Origin: Bacteroidota bacterium
Lineage (GTDB): Bacteria > Bacteroidota > Bacteroidia > AKYH767-A > 2013-40CM-41-45
Reading direction: 5' to 3'
Length of the DNA stretch: 64,000 bases
NCBI GenBank assembly: GCA_004295015.1
Contig: SHNE01000044.1
Span: 3,998-67,997, forward strand
Both the position numbers and the translations under genes were made by a program. Under the pieces are notes generated by a model. That model made no database searches, was not told the DNA's origin, and was given only the letters and a program-made list of their open reading frames with translations. Of the stretch, positions 59,453 to 64,000 are shown piece after piece (the first letter of the stretch is position 1; each line of letters starts with the position of its first letter).

Positions 59453-60277
59453 TCAGGAAATAAAACGTCTTTCTACAAGGTCGACAAATAGGTTCGCCGG
59501 ATGTGAGCTTATATCCCAATCGTATTTAATGACGAGATTCTGGTTCACATGCGCTCTGGCAATCTCAATATTTGCACTCGTATTGAGTAGTTCTATACTC
59601 GAAAGATATGCTTGAGTATCACCGGAGAAAAGGTGATTTATAAATAAAAATTTCTCGTTGATTCCGATAGCAGATTTTAAATCTGAAATAGGTTTATGCT
59701 GATGCTTTTCAGCAAGTCCGTTTTGTTGTTTTGTTCCGGCCATACGCTTTGCAAGTGTTTCCTGATCGTTAAACCTGCCTGCAAAGGTTGGAACCTCATC
59801 AAATTTGTCGTGAATGTCAGTGATAACCTTCTTTCTTCTGATTGATTCCTGTGCCTGATTTGCTTCCGCTGTTTTATTTGCAGCAGCCATGAGTAATTCA
59901 TCCATTGAAGGATGTGAATGCATAGGTTTTGCTGCTGCGATTTGTTCTACCACTTGCAAGACCTCCTGAATAGGTGCCTTAATTTCCGCCTGGATGGCCG
60001 GGCCTTTAGGGATCAATGAATCTATATGCACGGGTTGTGCCTTTTGAGGATGAGGTACAGCCGCAAATTTAGCTGCCATTTCCGCCTCCAAAATCTGCAA
60101 CCTTTGAATTCCATATTGATGTTGCAGATCCAGGGCTTTTTCATAAAGAATCTTTAAGCCGGATATAAATTCCTGAATTGCCTCAGGTGTTGAGGATGAA
60201 GCAATCGATTCGCGCTGTAGTTCGACCAGCTTGTTTAAATAATTTTCAATTTCGCGCTGCAGTGATCTTGTATCCAT
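59453..60277 (-). CDS. Hypothetical protein (274 aa), mostly helical, unknown family
   Basis: Long ORF with intact codon structure and no recognisable motif. Confidence 0.5.
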   Translation of the reverse strand: MDTRSLQREIENYLNKLVELQRESIASSSTPEAIQEFISGLKILYEKALDLQHQYGIQRLQILEAEMAAKFAAVPHPQKAQPVHIDSLIPKGPAIQAEIKAPIQEVLQVVEQIAAAKPMHSHPSMDELLMAAANKTAEANQAQESIRRKKVITDIHDKFDEVPTFAGRFNDQETLAKRMAGTKQQNGLAEKHQHKPISDLKSAIGINEKFLFINHLFSGDTQAYLSSIELLNTSANIEIARAHVNQNLVIKYDWDISSHPANLFVDLVERRFIS

Positions 60278-60639
60278 GGCAATTTTTCTGTGGTTGGTTA
60301 TATCGGGATGCCTTTTACTATGATTACTTAGTATTGTTACCCAATCCTTTATATTTCTCCGGAGTATACTTGCAAACGAAAAAAATGTTTAAAAATTTTG
60401 CTGATTTTTTTAGAATTAAACCATTTGCCCCTTTTCTTGCCTTCAATACCAGCCTTTCTTTCAAGATTTTCTTCAAGAATTCAAATTCATGTTGAGGAAA
60501 TTTCATTTTCGACCGAAAACTTGTAACGAATCAAATTAGAAAAGAAGAATTTCAAATTCCGAAAATCAATTTCTCAGGGCTCATACTGCTCCTCAAAAGA
60601 TTAATTATCGGGAACGAAAATTATTCCTGAAGGACATCA

Positions 60640-60775
60640 ATTCTATTATCACAAGAAAATCCAATGAGTCCTAATCCACGCGAATCCAATAATCAGAGTA
60701 TAATCCTATGAATACAAGTCTAATCCCAAGAATCCCGGTCCAACTTGGCAAACCCCATCCAATTCCGTAGGTTTA
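60640..60775. repeat. Cluster of at least six AATCC/TAATCC pentamer repeats in the tdk upstream region
   Basis: aatccaatgagtcctaatccacgcgaatccaataatcagagtataatcctatgaatacaagtctaatcccaagaatccc...ccatccaattcc. Confidence 0.3.
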
Positions 60776-60792
60776 CACTCACAAATTAGCAT

Positions 60793-61377
60793 ATGTTTTT
60801 AGAGCAATTAAAACCGGGGTCTCACCACCACGGACATATAGAAGTGATCTGTGGCTCAATGTTTTCGGGAAAAACCGAGGAGCTGATTCGCCGCTTGAAA
60901 AGGGCAAAAATCGCAAGACAGAAAGTTGAGATTTTCAAGCCTAAACTGGATACCCGATACGATGAGATAAATGTCGTGTCCCATGATTCCAACTCTATCC
61001 ATTCAACACCTGTTGACTCATCTTCACAAATACTTTTAATGGCCAATGACGTAGAAGTTGTTGGTATTGACGAGGCACAATTTTTCGATGATGAATTACC
61101 TGCTGTTGCTCAGAATCTGGCAAACCGTGGGATAAGAGTCATTGTTGCCGGTTTGGATATGGATTATCTCGGAAAGCCTTTCGGACCTATTCCCCATATG
61201 CTTGCTATCGCAGAATTCGTAACAAAAGTTCATGCCATTTGCATGATTTGCGGAAACCTGGCCAATTATTCTCATCGTACCGTTTCGAATTCCTCCCGAA
61301 TTTTATTGGGTGAACAGGACAGCTATGCTCCATTATGTCGGGTTTGCTTTAATAACGAAAGATTAAAATCCGAATAA
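60793..61377 (+). CDS. tdk: Thymidine kinase
   Basis: P-loop ([14 protein letters not shown]) and a C-terminal Zn-ribbon ([13 protein letters not shown]...CRVC). Confidence 0.9.
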   Translation: MFLEQLKPGSHHHGHIEVICGSMFSGKTEELIRRLKRAKIARQKVEIFKPKLDTRYDEINVVSHDSNSIHSTPVDSSSQILLMANDVEVVGIDEAQFFDDELPAVAQNLANRGIRVIVAGLDMDYLGKPFGPIPHMLAIAEFVTKVHAICMICGNLANYSHRTVSNSSRILLGEQDSYAPLCRVCFNNERLKSE

Positions 61378-61378
61378 A

Positions 61379-63871
61379 TTGGTTCCTAATTCTGACTCAG
61401 GCTATACGATCTCCCGCATTTCGGAAATTATTTCCGGAAGCCTGACCTTAAATGCACCCGAATACATTTCAATTCAGGAGTTGCTTACGGATAGCAGGAA
61501 AATTATTCATGCCGACAGTTCATTATTTTTTGCAATCAAAGGAAATCGCCACGATGGCCACCGTTTTATTCCTGATTTAGTAAAACAAGGAGTCAGAAAT
61601 TTTATTGTGAATGATTTGCCTGCCGAATTAAAAAAGCTTGAAGCAAATTTTATTCTTGTTGACGATCCATTGGCTGCCTTGCAAAGCCTGAGCGCCTATC
61701 ATCGTAGCCGTTTTCATATACCTGTCATAGGAATCACCGGTAGTAATGGAAAAACCATCGTGAAAGAATGGCTTTATCAGTTATTGAGACCGGATCATAA
61801 TATTGTTCGTAGTCCTAAGAGTTTTAATTCGCAGGTAGGTGTTCCTTTGTCTGTATGGCTCATGAAGGAGGAAAATCAATTGGCGATAATAGAAGCAGGT
61901 ATCTCCATGCCTGACGAGATGCAAAAACTGGAAAGAATTATTCATCCCACCATTGGTATTTTTACAAACATAGGATCTGCGCACGACGAAAATTTTGAGA
62001 GTACAGAACAAAAGGTTTTAGAGAAATTGAAATTATTTTCAGGTGTTAAGTCCTTAATCTATTGCAAAGATTATTCTGACATTCATGAGAGCATTCAGAA
62101 AATTCTTGCACATGAAGGTGGACCGGAGATCTTCACCTGGTCAAGAAAGTCGAAAGCAGATTTACAGATTGGAAGAGTAACCAGGAACGAAGGGGAATGT
62201 GAAATACAAGGAGTCTATAAAAACTCTTTTCAGTCCATCACAATTCCCTTTACTGATGATGCATCGGTGGAAAATGCGATCAACTGCTGGGCCTTATTGC
62301 TGACACTTGAAATGGATCCGGGACAAATAAAGGAACGCATGCAGTTCCTCAGTCCTGTTGCCATGAGATTGGAAATGAAAACAGGAATTAATAATTCATC
62401 GGTTATCAACGACAGTTATAATTCCGATATCGGATCCCTCAGAGTAGCTCTTGATTTTTTGAACCAGCAAAAGCAGCATAAGACCCGTACTATCATCCTC
62501 TCAGATATTTTGCAGAGTGGAAAAAACGAAGAGGTTCTCTATAAAGAAGTCGCTAATTTATTAAAAGCAAAAGGTGTCGATCGGATGATAGGTATAGGAG
62601 GAGCCATATCCCGCCAGCAAAATCTTTTCGACTTGCCAAAAAGCTTTTATCAGGATACGGATGAGTTTCTAAAAGATTTTCCTCAGTTGGGATTCAGAGA
62701 TGAAACCATTCTTATAAAAGGTGCAAGGCCTTTTGGCTTTGAAAAAATCAGTAAGCTTCTGCAGCAGAAAGCGCATGAGACGATTTTAGAGATTAACCTA
62801 AACGCCTTGGTTCATAACCTGAATTTTTATCGGTCGCGCCTGAAGCCTTCAACAAAAATGATGGCAATGGTTAAGGCTGCCTCCTATGGAAGTGGAAGCT
62901 TTGAAATAGCAAACATTCTTCAGTTTCACCACGTAGATTATCTTGCTGTTGCATATACCGATGAAGGAGTGGAATTACGCAAGGCAGGCATTACCGTTCC
63001 AATCATGGTGATGAATCCGGAAGTTCAAAGTTTCGAATCGATGGTAAATCACCGTCTCGAACCGGAAATTTATAATCTTCGATTATTAAATCAGATTGGC
63101 GATGAGCTGAAGAAATATGAAGGTGAACCATTCCGGATTCATATTAAACTGGATACCGGAATGCATCGTCTAGGATTTGAAGAGAATGATCTGAATCAAC
63201 TCGTAGTTCGATTGAAAAACCTTCGTCAGGTTCGAATTGAATCTGTCTTTTCTCATCTTGCCGCCAGTGATTCAGCAGAACATGATGGTTTCACCCGCTT
63301 GCAGTTGGAGAAATTCCAAAAGATGAGTGAAGTTATTTGCAGAGCCTTCGATTACCCTATCCTTAAACATATTTTAAATTCTTCCGGCATCCTTCGATTC
63401 AGTGAAGCACAGATGGATATGGTTCGTTTGGGAATAGGATTATATGGTGTAGCCGCAACCCCACAGGAGCAGCAACATCTGATGCAAGTTGCCACTCTGA
63501 GAACAACCATTTCACAAATCAAACACGTTTCTTCCAACGAAACGATTGGTTATTCCCGTGTCGGGAAATTAAAAAGAGATACAGTGATAGCGACGGTAGC
63601 AATCGGCTATGCAGACGGCGTTAACAGAAAACTAAGCAATGGAGTCGGTAAAATGTGGCTGAACGGAAAGTTGGCTCCCATTGTCGGCAACGTGTGCATG
63701 GACATGACGATGTTAGATGTTACCGATATTCCGGCAAGAGAAGGCGATGAAGTAATAGTTTTTGGCCCAGAGCTCCCTGTTACAGAAATTGCCAATCAAT
63801 TGGGAACAATTCCTTATGAGGTTTTAGCAAATATCAGTCAGAGGGTGAAGAGGGTTTATTTTCAGGAGTAG
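61379..63871 (+). CDS. murF-alr: Bifunctional UDP-MurNAc-tripeptide--D-Ala-D-Ala ligase (MurF) / alanine racemase fusion
   Basis: The N-terminal Mur ligase P-loop (IGITGSNGKTIVKEWL). The C-terminal alanine racemase PLP site (MAMVKAASYGSG) and TIM barrel. Confidence 0.85.
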   Translation: MVPNSDSGYTISRISEIISGSLTLNAPEYISIQELLTDSRKIIHADSSLFFAIKGNRHDGHRFIPDLVKQGVRNFIVNDLPAELKKLEANFILVDDPLAALQSLSAYHRSRFHIPVIGITGSNGKTIVKEWLYQLLRPDHNIVRSPKSFNSQVGVPLSVWLMKEENQLAIIEAGISMPDEMQKLERIIHPTIGIFTNIGSAHDENFESTEQKVLEKLKLFSGVKSLIYCKDYSDIHESIQKILAHEGGPEIFTWSRKSKADLQIGRVTRNEGECEIQGVYKNSFQSITIPFTDDASVENAINCWALLLTLEMDPGQIKERMQFLSPVAMRLEMKTGINNSSVINDSYNSDIGSLRVALDFLNQQKQHKTRTIILSDILQSGKNEEVLYKEVANLLKAKGVDRMIGIGGAISRQQNLFDLPKSFYQDTDEFLKDFPQLGFRDETILIKGARPFGFEKISKLLQQKAHETILEINLNALVHNLNFYRSRLKPSTKMMAMVKAASYGSGSFEIANILQFHHVDYLAVAYTDEGVELRKAGITVPIMVMNPEVQSFESMVNHRLEPEIYNLRLLNQIGDELKKYEGEPFRIHIKLDTGMHRLGFEENDLNQLVVRLKNLRQVRIESVFSHLAASDSAEHDGFTRLQLEKFQKMSEVICRAFDYPILKHILNSSGILRFSEAQMDMVRLGIGLYGVAATPQEQQHLMQVATLRTTISQIKHVSSNETIGYSRVGKLKRDTVIATVAIGYADGVNRKLSNGVGKMWLNGKLAPIVGNVCMDMTMLDVTDIPAREGDEVIVFGPELPVTEIANQLGTIPYEVLANISQRVKRVYFQE

Positions 63872-63947
63872 AATTGATCATTAGGCTTCGAAGGCAGAAA
63901 ACAAACTAAATTTTAAACTGACTTTTTCACTTTCATCCATTCTTCTC

Positions 63948-63985
63948 AAAAAAAAATCCCGGCTCATAGCCGGGATTTTTTTTAA
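63948..63985 (+). terminator. Rho-independent terminator, bidirectional in appearance
   Basis: AAAAAAAAATCCCGGCT-cata-AGCCGGGATTTTTTTT. Confidence 0.7.
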
Positions 63986-64000
63986 TCCTATAAAATAACT

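Noticed and set aside
1-64000. Search for tRNA, rRNA, tmRNA, RNase P, SRP RNA and CRISPR arrays
   Set aside because: I found no GGTTCGAATCC/GGTTCGATTCC T-loop boxes, no SRP domain-IV motif, no tmRNA termini and no regularly spaced direct repeats with unique spacers. The window appears to lack structured RNA genes and CRISPR arrays. Only an eye scan was possible, so a covariance-model scan would be definitive.

Overview
This looks like a chromosomal segment from a member of Bacteroidota, with low GC (about 38-40%) and coding density of roughly 85-90%. The phylum call rests on five secreted proteins carrying the C-terminal sorting domain of the type IX secretion system (T9SS), a LytS/LytTR two-component pair, a TonB-dependent receptor with an N-terminal carboxypeptidase-regulatory-like domain, a MurF-alanine racemase fusion, and a candidate TAnnTTTG -7 promoter box. 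I found no rRNA, tRNA or CRISPR array.

The window is mostly core or housekeeping genes: ppa, sodA/B, tdk, rsmI, hemW, dCMP deaminase, an S41 processing protease, an AsmA-family protein, CreD and an SPFH/prohibitin protein. Interspersed are accessory-looking modules:
- 1..6105: a T9SS cargo cluster that includes an M64-like zinc metallopeptidase with tandem Ig-like repeats and an overlapping small secreted partner gene.
- 9863..12416: a Sia-type partner-switch module (PP2C phosphatase, SiaB-like kinase, SiaC-like DUF1987 protein) with no diguanylate cyclase nearby.
- 14136..17871: a putative copper/metal-responsive island. It comprises an AraC-type regulator with an N-terminal heavy-metal-associated (HMA) domain, a 57-aa Cys-rich metallothionein-like gene that the ORF track missed, an esterase broken by an in-frame TAA, a small secreted protein, and a multicopper oxidase with no signal peptide and a His-rich tail. 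I rate this the most interesting region of the window.
- About 27594..29090: an intact IS3-family insertion sequence with the canonical A_AAA_AAG -1 frameshift site.
- 30275..31271: an ArsR/SmtB regulator with palindromic operators, followed by an SRPBCC-fold gene.
- Upstream of the 22645 AraC gene: a long-range inverted repeat.
- 23826..24854: a thioredoxin-reductase-like flavoprotein with a consensus Tat signal.

Everything here comes from reading the sequence and the supplied translations; I ran no database searches.
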